From assembly GCF_001465295.1 (NCBI RefSeq), contig NZ_CP011034.1, forward strand, positions 1,410,001 to 1,442,000: a stretch of 32,000 nucleotides of DNA, written 5' to 3'. The translations under genes and the position numbers were made by a program. The stretch is from Pseudoalteromonas translucida KMM 520 (GTDB taxonomy: Bacteria > Pseudomonadota > Gammaproteobacteria > Enterobacterales > Alteromonadaceae). Shown one piece after another: positions 24,850 to 32,000 of the stretch. Positions within the stretch are counted from its first letter, which is position 1. Every line of letters starts with the position of its first letter. A model generated the notes under the pieces. It saw only the letters and a program-made list of their open reading frames with translations, searched no databases and was not told where the DNA came from.

Positions 24850-25878
24850 ATGCACTTAAATCAAATAGCCGCTGGGTTTTTAAAACAATACTCAACGCAA
24901 CTAGCCAAAACATTCGGTGTTGAAGACGTAACTAAACAGTTTGCAGTAACAGCACCAATGGAAACCAAACTACGTTCCGCGCTTTTAGAGTCGGTCGAAT
25001 TCCTGCGCATGATCAGCACTATGCCAGTCGATCAGCTAAGTGGCCAAGTAGTAAAAGTAGGTAACTACGGTATCGCGACAGGTCGCAAAGCCGGTGGGCG
25101 TTTTACATCGGATCAAGGCGTTGGCGGCTTTAAATACCAGCTTACAGAAACCGATTCATGTTCAGCACTTCCATGGGCGCTTTTGTCTGCATGGGGTAAT
25201 GCCGGCAACCAAAATGAGTTCATGAAAAAAATGAACGACAACGCAACGCACCGCTTTGCACTCGACATGCTGCGCGTTGGTTTTAATGGTACATCAATCG
25301 CCGCTACATCAGACCCAGTTGCAAACCCATTGGGCGAAGACGTAAACAAAGGCTGGCATCAAATCGTTAAAGAAGAAGCGCCAGAACAAATAGTAACTGA
25401 CCCTATTTACTTTAATCCAGACGCAACCGAAGCGCTTAAAGATGGTGAATACAAAACGTTAGATGCCATTGTTACCGAGCTTAAAAATACGCTTATTCAC
25501 CCATCACTGCGTAACGACCCGCGCCTAGTTGTATTGGTTGGCAGCGACTTAACGGCCACAGCGCAAACAAAGCTAATGAACCAAGCTGACAAGCCAAGCG
25601 AACGTGTGGCCGCTCAGCAAATGGATAAAAACATTGGCGGCATGCGTGCATATACGCCGCCGTTCTTCCCGGGCAAACGCATTGCAGTAACTATGCTAAG
25701 CAACTTGCATATTTATACACAGCGCGGCACATCACACCGTAAGTCTGAAAACGTTGAAGACCGCAAGCAGTATGAAGACAAGTACTGGCGTAACGAAGGC
25801 TACGCAATTGAAGAGTTTGAAGCGTATGCCGCAATCGACGAAGCCAACATGAACATTGGCGCCGCGCCAGCAGCTTAA
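24850..25878 (+). CDS. Major capsid protein, P2 GpN family
   Basis: 342 aa. Blocks FAVTAPMETKL, DMLRVGFNGTS, NKGWHQ, DPRLVVLVGSDL and YTPPFFP parallel P2 GpN as I remember it (FTVEPSVTQTL, DFIMAGFNG, AVGWLQ, DPDLVVIVG, RVPYFP). Confidence 0.85.
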   Translation: MHLNQIAAGFLKQYSTQLAKTFGVEDVTKQFAVTAPMETKLRSALLESVEFLRMISTMPVDQLSGQVVKVGNYGIATGRKAGGRFTSDQGVGGFKYQLTETDSCSALPWALLSAWGNAGNQNEFMKKMNDNATHRFALDMLRVGFNGTSIAATSDPVANPLGEDVNKGWHQIVKEEAPEQIVTDPIYFNPDATEALKDGEYKTLDAIVTELKNTLIHPSLRNDPRLVVLVGSDLTATAQTKLMNQADKPSERVAAQQMDKNIGGMRAYTPPFFPGKRIAVTMLSNLHIYTQRGTSHRKSENVEDRKQYEDKYWRNEGYAIEEFEAYAAIDEANMNIGAAPAA

Positions 25879-25952
25879 GCGCGACTGGTAAACGCATTGC
25901 TAGGCCTAACCGCCTAGCATTTAAACCATATTATTAAAAATAGGATAGAGCC

Positions 25953-26522
25953 ATGAGCGCCATTGCTAATTTTAAAAAACGCAAGCTAGCAGAAAAAGCC
26001 AAGCAAAGTGATCAGCAAGTAAAGCCTGCAACGGCGCTTACATTGCTAGCGCAGCTACTGGGTTGCGACGAATCAAAAGCCATTGAAACAGCGCAACAAT
26101 ACGTTGACCAAAACATTCATTTTTTTAATGTAAACATGAGTGTTGATCCTGCAGCGCCAGGCGAAGACAAAACCGCCGTTGCAGACGTCACCCTTGATGA
26201 TAAAGGCAATATTGAAAACATCGATGTTTCAAACGTTGAACATGCAACCGACGAGCTAAACGAAAGCATTGAACATGCAAGCGACGCCGCCGCAACTATT
26301 GCCAATAGCGCCGAGCAAACAAGCAGTGCCGCCAGCGACATTAAAAGCGCCGCAGAACAAGCAAGCGACGCAGCCAGCGACCTAGCTTACCAAGCCGACG
26401 ACATTAACAACGCAAATAGCGACTTGGCCGAAACGGTAAAAGAGCTAAAAAAGCCGTCGGCGGCGCCAAAATCCTCCAATTCAAAGAGCAAAACCAAGCA
26501 AAAAAACAGCTCGAAAAAGTAA
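25953..26522 (+). CDS. Acidic Ala/Ser/Asp-rich ORF in the position of the 5' part of the small terminase gene
   Basis: 189 aa. It starts 75 nt after the capsid stop, where P2 M begins. It contains loosely repeated A-S/E-x-x-ASDAASD-type segments and a K/S-rich tail. It ends at TAA 26520, just after an A7 run (26500-26506). See the finding on frame change. Confidence 0.5.
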   Translation: MSAIANFKKRKLAEKAKQSDQQVKPATALTLLAQLLGCDESKAIETAQQYVDQNIHFFNVNMSVDPAAPGEDKTAVADVTLDDKGNIENIDVSNVEHATDELNESIEHASDAAATIANSAEQTSSAASDIKSAAEQASDAASDLAYQADDINNANSDLAETVKELKKPSAAPKSSNSKSKTKQKNSSKK

Positions 26523-26644
26523 GTGTAACGGGTTCAGGGCAGTACGCCCCAAGCCTACATTTACAGCTAATTGAATTAGAAGACGACTTAAAACGGTTAA
26601 AAGGTTTTGCGCGCCGCGTCGACAAAATAACCCATAAACGCGAC

Positions 26645-27184
26645 GTGCTATTACCCAAGTGGTTACCCATTGTTGAGCAGCATTTAGCAAACATAAAAGA
26701 AGGAAAGCCCAATGACAACCCGATTTTTGCTTACTGCACTGTTTGGCTATTTGATATTAACGACCTTGGCCGTGGCCTTGAGTTTGCTTTTACAGCCATT
26801 GAGTGCAATCAGCCCATGGCTAACAGCATACGCCGCAAGTGGCCTGGTTTTATTGCCGACACTGTTTTTGATTGGGCGCAAACCCAAGCAGAAAAAGGAA
26901 GCAGTATTGAACCGTATTTTGGCCAAGTGTTCAGCAATGTTGCGAACCATTGGAAATTACCTGAGCAAGTTACGGCTAAGTACTACAAGTTTGCGGGCCT
27001 TGCGTTACTGCGCAGCAAAAACGGCGACATTAGCCCGTCAACGGTTGGCGACGTGCAAAGGCTACAGCAGGCCGACGGCTACTTAGCCAAAGCAGCAGAG
27101 CTACATAAACACGCACAAGTAAAAACAGTAAGAAACAAAATAGCCATGAGATTAAGAGCTATTGCCGAGCTAAACGCCCAGTAA
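26645..27184 (+). CDS. Terminase small (endonuclease) subunit, P2 GpM family; only the portion downstream of the first available start codon
   Basis: LLPKWLPIVEQHL...NDNPIFAYCTVWLFDINDLGRGLEFAFTAIECNQPM parallels the P2 GpM block LLPFWLPWVNGVL...LMTVMLWRLDTGDIAGALEIARYAL, as recalled from memory. GpM-like sequence (APSLHLQLIELEDDLKRLKGF...) continues upstream in the same frame to about 26531. That frame has no ATG, GTG or TTG between the stop at 26417 and GTG 26645. Confidence 0.7.
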   Translation: MLLPKWLPIVEQHLANIKEGKPNDNPIFAYCTVWLFDINDLGRGLEFAFTAIECNQPMANSIRRKWPGFIADTVFDWAQTQAEKGSSIEPYFGQVFSNVANHWKLPEQVTAKYYKFAGLALLRSKNGDISPSTVGDVQRLQQADGYLAKAAELHKHAQVKTVRNKIAMRLRAIAELNAQ

Positions 27185-27294
27185 TAGCCATTACTCCCAA
27201 CCCTCCAGTGCACTAGCCGAGTGTTTAACGGGCGACCGTTAAAAACCACTAAGACGCTAACTGCACTGAACCCAAATTGTAGAAGGTATGCGGT

Positions 27295-27744
27295 ATGTCA
27301 TTTGGATTTGAAGCAACAGCACAAAGCAGCATTGCAATAGATGAAACCAGCGGCTGGCCAGCATTAAGCACCGGCGAGTTTCGCGCACATCGCCGCATAC
27401 CCGAATTTTACGAAGAAACAGTAATAGCCGACTCGCTCAACCGCAGCGCGCTCGAAGTACAACAGCAGTTACTAAAATACATTATGAAAGAAAACACGGA
27501 CGTTGCTTTCACCCTAACTAACGCCGTGCCCAACTTTAATACCGCACAGCAAAGCGTTTACCGTGGTGCCGTGTATGCCCGTTCGCATTCAGATTTAATG
27601 GGCTACTTTTCATCGGTTGACCAAAAAGACGCAGGCAACAACAAAGCCGACGACGTTGATCAGCAAGACGCCATACTCGCGCAATCTAACCGCAGCATAC
27701 GTTTATTGCTTGGCCTTGGCCGTGCCGGAGTGCACCTACTATGA
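27295..27744 (+). CDS. Head completion/stabilisation protein, P2 GpL family
   Basis: 149 aa, directly after the M-like gene. The WPALSTGEFRAHRRI... and VYRGAVYARSHSDL blocks resemble GpL proteins. Synteny supports the call. Confidence 0.7.
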   Translation: MSFGFEATAQSSIAIDETSGWPALSTGEFRAHRRIPEFYEETVIADSLNRSALEVQQQLLKYIMKENTDVAFTLTNAVPNFNTAQQSVYRGAVYARSHSDLMGYFSSVDQKDAGNNKADDVDQQDAILAQSNRSIRLLLGLGRAGVHLL

Positions 27745-28223
27745 GCCAAACAATTACCCAATTGCAGCAGCTAACCAACTTTTTGCACAGCAGCTTAAAG
27801 GGCGCAATTCACGCCAATAACATAGACGCCTGGCAAGAGCGCGGCACGCTAATAATTCACAACCAAGACCGTGGTCAAGACGGTTACGCAGTTGCTAAAT
27901 GGAAACACACCGCCGTAATTGCTATCGAGAATTTTCCGCATAGGCGCGTAAACCCGTACAACTTGCTCGCCATGGTAAGCGCCTTTTTAATAGACAGCGA
28001 ATGGCCGCGTGACGAATACGGCCTAGACGACCCCGAAATAGACATTGACGTAGTGAGCAAGGACAACGCCACCGTGTTAATCGACGTGCAACTAATTGAC
28101 GACATAGAACTAATACCCGCCGACAACGGCCCGGTGTTTTTTAATGGCGAAAATTATTACGTATCGCTAGCGCCAATCAGCATAGCCGAAGACGTAAACG
28201 TAGATATTAAGGGGCAACCATGA
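27741..28223 (+). CDS. Tail completion protein, P2 GpR-like
   Basis: 160 aa. Pattern is L..L...L....N.D.W...G.L followed by an acidic C-terminal beta region (EIDIDVVSKDNATVLIDVQLIDDIEL), as in GpR-family proteins. The 4-nt overlaps on both sides indicate translational coupling. Confidence 0.5.
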   Translation: MSQTITQLQQLTNFLHSSLKGAIHANNIDAWQERGTLIIHNQDRGQDGYAVAKWKHTAVIAIENFPHRRVNPYNLLAMVSAFLIDSEWPRDEYGLDDPEIDIDVVSKDNATVLIDVQLIDDIELIPADNGPVFFNGENYYVSLAPISIAEDVNVDIKGQP

Positions 28224-28876
28224 GTTTAGTGATCACCCCAAACAGCAAACAAGCATTAAGTGCAAAGCATCAATTGCAGTTACTAGCATTGCCAAACAAC
28301 AAGCGCATTCGCTTATTAAAAACGCTTGGCCGCTACGAACGTAAGCTGGCGCGCCAACGCGTACGCACCCAAACCACGGTAAAGGGCAATAAGTTTGCAG
28401 CACGCGAAAGTGGCAAAAAAACCAAAATGCTTAAGCGCATGGGTAAAACATTAGAGCCCTACGTAAAAGCGGGTAAACGCCTAGAGCTAAAACATAAAAA
28501 TGCACTTACTGGGCGAATAGCTGCACTGCACCAAGAAGGTGGCACCGAGCAAATGACCGCCAACCGCATGGCACGTATTCATGGCAAACCAAATTACAAA
28601 GCACCGTGTACACGCAGCCAAGCCAAAGCGCTATCGGCCGAAGGTTACAAAGTACGCAGAGCAAAAGGCAAAGGCTACCGCCGCGCCACAATTAAAGAAA
28701 TAACAGCCAACTTAAACCACGGTAAAGCCACCTTAGTTTTAAGTAAATTACGCGGCCAAAAAAGCCGTAAAAGCTGGCCAATAGCAGTAAAAGCACGCCC
28801 GTTTTTAGGCGACACACCGCAAAACGTGCAAGCGCAATTGGCACAAATTTTAAACCAACTCAATAAACGAGGATAA
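28220..28876 (+). CDS. Virion morphogenesis / tail completion protein, GpS-like
   Basis: 218 aa and highly basic. ...LTGRIAALHQEGG... matches the conserved yaaiHqfGG block of Phage_tail_S / Mu G-type proteins. It follows the R-like gene, as in P2. Confidence 0.5.
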   Translation: MSLVITPNSKQALSAKHQLQLLALPNNKRIRLLKTLGRYERKLARQRVRTQTTVKGNKFAARESGKKTKMLKRMGKTLEPYVKAGKRLELKHKNALTGRIAALHQEGGTEQMTANRMARIHGKPNYKAPCTRSQAKALSAEGYKVRRAKGKGYRRATIKEITANLNHGKATLVLSKLRGQKSRKSWPIAVKARPFLGDTPQNVQAQLAQILNQLNKRG

Positions 28877-28880
28877 CCCA

Positions 28881-29996
28881 ATGTCACTAGGTAAAGTGCA
28901 AGTTAACAATCTGAATTTAGGGCAAGGCGACATCCAAGGTGTTGAACGACACTTTTTGTTTGTTGGCCGTGCTGGTTCAGTAGAAGAAGAAAGCCAATTG
29001 TTTAGCGTTGGCGCGCAAACCGATTTACATAAAACATTTGCCGACAGCCCACTGCGCGATCAGCTTATTGCAGCGCAATTAAACGGCGGCCAAAACTGGA
29101 CTGCAGCGGCTTACCCACTTGCCGAAGCCGAGACCATTGTTGATGCAATTGACCGCGCCAACGAAGTGCAAAGCTTTGAAATGATTGTTGTGTGCAACGA
29201 GCAAAACACCAGCGCCAGCCTAACCGACCTGCACGACAAACTAACATCATTGCAAGCCACATTAGGCCGTTTTGTATCGGCATTGGTTGCCGTACCAGGT
29301 ATTGATGTAGCTACACAAACATGGTCAACGTATGAAGCCGCAACCATTGCATTGCAAGCCGATATTGACGCGCATTTAGTGGTACCCGTACCGCAATTAC
29401 ACGGTAATAACGTAGGCGTATTAGCAGGGCGATTATGCGACCGCAGCGTAAGTATTGCCGACAGCCCAATGCGCGTAGCAACAGGCAGTGTATTAGGCCT
29501 AGGCGCAGCACCGGTTGATAGCACAGGCGAGCCGCTAACACTTGCAACACTAGAAACCCTAGCCAACAGCCGCATGAGCGTACCGCAATGGTATAGCGAT
29601 TTTGAAGGCACCTATTGGAGCGACGCCCAAACGCTAGACGCAGCAGGCGGCGACTACCAATATCTAGAGCATCTACGCCCAGTGCATAAAGCCAGTCGCG
29701 AAGTGCGCGTGCTAGCCATTCGCCGTGTAGCAAACCGCGCCCTTAACTCAACGCCAAATAGCATTGAGCTAAACAAAGCGTACTTTATGCGCCCACTGCG
29801 TGACATGAGCAAAAGCACCACCATTTTAGGCACCCAGTTCCCCGGCGAAATTAAACCACCGGTTGAAGGCGATATAACCATTGTATGGACCAGCAATAAA
29901 AGCGTAGTTATTTACATGGTGCTACGCCCATACAACAGCCCTAAAGAAATTACCGTAAACATCATGCTTGATTTAAGCAGCAACCAGGAGCAATAA
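28881..29996 (+). CDS. Putative tail sheath-like protein (DUF2586-like)
   Basis: 371 aa. Assigned from position (after R/S and before a tube-like gene) and size. No diagnostic motif recognised. Several long antisense ORFs in this GC-richer stretch were rejected. Confidence 0.45.
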   Translation: MSLGKVQVNNLNLGQGDIQGVERHFLFVGRAGSVEEESQLFSVGAQTDLHKTFADSPLRDQLIAAQLNGGQNWTAAAYPLAEAETIVDAIDRANEVQSFEMIVVCNEQNTSASLTDLHDKLTSLQATLGRFVSALVAVPGIDVATQTWSTYEAATIALQADIDAHLVVPVPQLHGNNVGVLAGRLCDRSVSIADSPMRVATGSVLGLGAAPVDSTGEPLTLATLETLANSRMSVPQWYSDFEGTYWSDAQTLDAAGGDYQYLEHLRPVHKASREVRVLAIRRVANRALNSTPNSIELNKAYFMRPLRDMSKSTTILGTQFPGEIKPPVEGDITIVWTSNKSVVIYMVLRPYNSPKEITVNIMLDLSSNQEQ

Positions 29997-29998
29997 AC

Positions 29999-30448
29999 AT
30001 GCGTTTATCAGGAATGAATTTTAACGTGAACTTGGGCGACATAATGATTCAAGTTGATACGGCATCACTGGCCATTACCGACAACAGCGCAGTAAGCCAA
30101 ACGGGCGGCGTACCCGACGGCTCAGTAGATGGCGACGTATAGGCCAGCGGCGAACTATCGGTAAATGCCAGTAACTTTGCGCTTATATCAAATGCGGCAA
30201 AAAGCGCCGGTTCATGGCGTGGCATGCAAACATTCGACATTATGTTTTATGCAAAAACCAGCCAAGACGAAATGAAAGTAGAAGCCTTTGGTTGCCGCAT
30301 TAAACTAAGCGACATTTTAGACATAGACAAAAAAGGCGGCAGCGCCAGCTTGTTTAAAATTCCGTTTGATGTAACCAGCCCAGACTTTGTAAACATTAAC
30401 GGTGTGCCGTATCTGCGCCCCGACGAAATTGAAAACATAGTGCAATAA
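29999..30448 (+). pseudogene. Tail tube-like gene (DUF2597-like) interrupted by an in-frame amber codon
   Basis: ATG 29999 lies 2 nt after the sheath-like stop. My translation gives 47 sense codons (MRLSGMNFNVNLGDIMIQVDTASLAITDNSAVSQTGGVPDGSVDGDV). TAG follows at 30140-30142. The same frame then continues open (ASGELSVNASNFALISNAAKSAGSWRG-MQTFDIMFYAK...) into the tracked ORF 30224-30448. 30224 minus 29999 is 225 nt, so the two parts are in frame. Confidence 0.6.
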
Positions 30449-30463
30449 AAAGGCAGTTAGTAA

Positions 30464-30664
30464 ATGGATGATCTAGACCGCCTAGTGCTTGCACAGGAAC
30501 GCGCTGAAAAACACTTTGTTGATCAGCGCCTAAACGGACTTAACAACAGCCGCGTGATCAGTGCAACGGACTGCATTGATTGCGGCGACCCAATACCAAA
30601 AGCGCGGCAACGTGCCATTGCAGGTGTACAGCGTTGTGTACCGTGCCAATCGTTAAGCGAGTAG
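30464..30664 (+). CDS. DksA/TraR-family C4 zinc-finger protein
   Basis: 66 aa. CIDCGDPIPKARQRAIAGVQRCVPCQ is the C-x2-C-x17-C-x2-C motif typical of phage TraR proteins. Confidence 0.8.
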   Translation: MDDLDRLVLAQERAEKHFVDQRLNGLNNSRVISATDCIDCGDPIPKARQRAIAGVQRCVPCQSLSE

Positions 30665-30668
30665 CAAA

Positions 30669-31217
30669 ATGAATGCATTAAAAATTAGGTTAATAGGCGA
30701 GCTAATAAAGCGCGAAGGCGGTTACGTAAACGACCCAACCGACCGCGGCGGCGAAACCATGTACGGCATTACCAAAGCGGTAGCCCGTAACTATGGCTAC
30801 AGCGCTGCAATGGTTGACTTGCCGTACCACACAGCATTTTTAATTCACGAACAGCGCTACTGGGCACCACTAAAGCTAAGCGGTGTAAGCCAATTGAGCG
30901 AAGCATTAACAGAGCAGCTATTCGATTTTGCGGTTAACTCAGGCGTGTTAAACGCAGGTAAAGCACTGCAAAAGGCGCTTAACGTACTTAATAAGTGCCA
31001 AACGCTATACCCCGACTTGGTAGTTGATGGCATAACTGGCAGCCGCACCATTAAGGCGCTAAATAGCTATGCTGCAGCCCGAAAAAACGACGGTTTAAAC
31101 GTATTAACCCGCGCAGTTAGCGGGCAACGCATTAGCTTTTTAATTGACATAGCCGCCAATGACGAAAGCCAAGAAAAATACACCTACGGGTGGTTACACC
31201 GCGTAGTTAATTTGTAA
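30669..31217 (+). CDS. Endolysin, glycoside hydrolase family 108 with C-terminal peptidoglycan-binding domain
   Basis: 182 aa. REGGYVNDPTDRGGETMYGIT is the GH108 signature. VVDGITGSRTIKALN is a PG_binding_3-like motif. Confidence 0.85.
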   Translation: MNALKIRLIGELIKREGGYVNDPTDRGGETMYGITKAVARNYGYSAAMVDLPYHTAFLIHEQRYWAPLKLSGVSQLSEALTEQLFDFAVNSGVLNAGKALQKALNVLNKCQTLYPDLVVDGITGSRTIKALNSYAAARKNDGLNVLTRAVSGQRISFLIDIAANDESQEKYTYGWLHRVVNL

Positions 31218-31230
31218 AGGAGCACTGATC

Positions 31231-31620
31231 ATGGGCTGGTTTTCTAAAATATTAGGTACAAACCCAATTGAAGCAATTGGCAAAGCGGGCGATGCGTTAT
31301 TCACATCAGACGAAGAGCGCCAGCAGCTAAGCAACGACCTACTAGAAATAAAGCAAAAGCCCATGTTAATGCAGGCCTTAGCAAATACATTATCAGCGCA
31401 GCATCGCTCAATGTTTGTGGCAGGTGCACGCCCATTTTTGCTGTGGGTATGTGGCTTTGGCTTTTTGTTTACCTTTTTAATTAACCCTATTTTGCAATGG
31501 ATTATGCCAGAGGCCGGAACGCCAGAACTACCAACCGACGTAATGATGGAATTAACGCTCGCATTACTTGGCCTAGCAAGTTTAAGAACAATAGAAAAAA
31601 TTAAAGGAGTAGCCAAGTGA
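31231..31620 (+). CDS. Holin, 3TM type (GTA_holin_3TM-like)
   Basis: 129 aa. N-terminal amphipathic region with FTSDEERQQL, then hydrophobic segments ARPFLLWVCGFGFLFTFLINPIL and MELTLALLGLASL. Adjacent to the endolysin. Confidence 0.65.
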   Translation: MGWFSKILGTNPIEAIGKAGDALFTSDEERQQLSNDLLEIKQKPMLMQALANTLSAQHRSMFVAGARPFLLWVCGFGFLFTFLINPILQWIMPEAGTPELPTDVMMELTLALLGLASLRTIEKIKGVAK

Positions 31621-31871
31621 AAGAAGTAGCCGACTGGATAATGGTAGCCATTGCATTTATTAGCCTAGTGCTAACCATATTAGTGCCGCTGTTAGTGAGC
31701 CTATTTAGCGCCCACAAAGCAACAGCCAAAGAGCTAAGCGACCACAAAACCCATGTGGCCGAAACGTACGCCACTAAAACCGACTTTGAAAAATTAACCG
31801 ATCGTATGGAAAGCCGTATTAAAGACGGATTTGAAACACTCGAAAAACTATTAACCAAATCTAAGGAATAA
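31617..31871 (+). CDS. Small N-terminally anchored membrane protein with coiled coil (lysis accessory / spanin-like candidate)
   Basis: 84 aa. The GTG start overlaps the holin stop (GTGA). One TM segment (WIMVAIAFISLVLTILVPLLVSLF), then a charged helical region. Confidence 0.45.
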   Translation: MKEVADWIMVAIAFISLVLTILVPLLVSLFSAHKATAKELSDHKTHVAETYATKTDFEKLTDRMESRIKDGFETLEKLLTKSKE

Positions 31872-31873
31872 CC

Positions 31874-32000
31874 ATGAAACAAACAATTACATTAACAATC
31901 GCAGGCACCGACTTTAAATTTAACATGACAGTGCAAGACCACAGCGACTTTGTAGACTCGGTAGCGCGTGGCGGCTCAATGACCGCAGCATCACACAACA
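31874..32000 (+). CDS. Hypothetical phage protein, 5' part only (possibly a tail assembly chaperone, by position)
   Basis: ATG 31874 lies behind SD AAGGAA. MKQTITLTIAGTDFKFNMTVQDHSDFVDSVARGGSMTAASHN stays open to the window end. The function guess rests on synteny only. Confidence 0.35.
   Translation, partial: MKQTITLTIAGTDFKFNMTVQDHSDFVDSVARGGSMTAASHN

Larger units (their letters stand above)
8980..32000. mobile_element. Integrated P2-like (Peduovirinae-like) myovirus prophage, left portion; the right end lies beyond the window
   Basis: Gene order is int, cargo, CI/Cro, GpA, cargo, Ogr-like, then Q-P divergent from O-N-M-L, then R-S, sheath/tube and a lysis cassette. Several P2 family signatures are listed under the individual genes. 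The left boundary is only approximate, somewhere in 8898-9035; attL core not identified. Confidence 0.85.

Noticed and set aside
26712-27086. 124-aa plus-strand ORF, and the minus-strand ORFs 26404-26718, 26481-26690 and 26747-26950
   Set aside because: Alternative frames of the GpM-like region. The GpM frame has family-specific similarity and these have none.
27224-27243. Perfect 8-bp hairpin TTTAACGG-GCGA-CCGTTAAA (GNRA-type loop) between the M-like and L-like genes
   Set aside because: No T-run follows on the plus strand, so it is not a convincing intrinsic terminator. It could be an mRNA-stability element, but there is nothing to support a specific function.
29065-29896. Several long minus-strand ORFs (29065-29283, 29111-29611, 29311-29733, 29654-29896)
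   Set aside because: They overlap each other and the sheath-like gene in a locally GC-richer stretch, where stop codons are rare in all frames. Their R/A/L-rich translations are typical of antisense artefacts.
1-32000. tRNA, rRNA, CRISPR arrays, IS elements, retron-type ncRNA/RT
   Set aside because: Intergenic regions are short and I saw no cloverleaf-like sequence, regularly spaced repeats, transposase or reverse transcriptase ORF. This is by-eye inspection only. tRNAscan-SE, Infernal and CRISPR detection tools should confirm.

Overview
AT-rich gammaproteobacterial chromosome; the Alteromonadales/Pseudoalteromonas-like assignment is inferred only from composition and protein style. About 9 kb of housekeeping genes is followed by the left ~23 kb of an integrated P2-like myovirus prophage. 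Host part (1-8897): an ArsB/NhaD-type transporter, a lysine riboswitch plus lysC, an Sfp-type phosphopantetheinyl transferase, an NSS transporter, glutathione peroxidase, a beta-hydroxyacid dehydrogenase and sbcB. Prophage part (~8980 to beyond 32000), in order:
- P4-type integrase
- AT-rich cargo island
- CI(S24)/Cro switch
- early genes, Dam-like methyltransferase, GpA rolling-circle replication protein
- second AT-rich cargo slot
- Ogr/Delta zinc-finger gene behind a LexA box
- Q portal, P terminase, O scaffold, N capsid, M small terminase, L head completion
- R and S tail completion, sheath-like and tube-like genes
- TraR, GH108 endolysin and 3TM holin lysis cassette

Most interesting points:
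1. A four-gene AT-rich cassette at 10368-12632: a small protein, a minimal PD-(D/E)XK-like protein, a 2TM-coiled-coil-GAF protein and a translationally coupled 65-aa ORF. I cannot assign it to any named defence system.
2. A second single-gene 2TM cargo at 19502-20254, in the position of P2 tin/old.
3. A canonical SOS box over the -10 of the Ogr-like gene promoter.
4. Two reading-frame anomalies in essential morphogenesis genes: small terminase homology split across two frames at an A7 / A_AAA_AAC site, and an in-frame TAG in the tail-tube-like gene.

No rRNA, tRNA, CRISPR array or IS element was recognised. All homology statements come from motif recognition by eye, not from searches.
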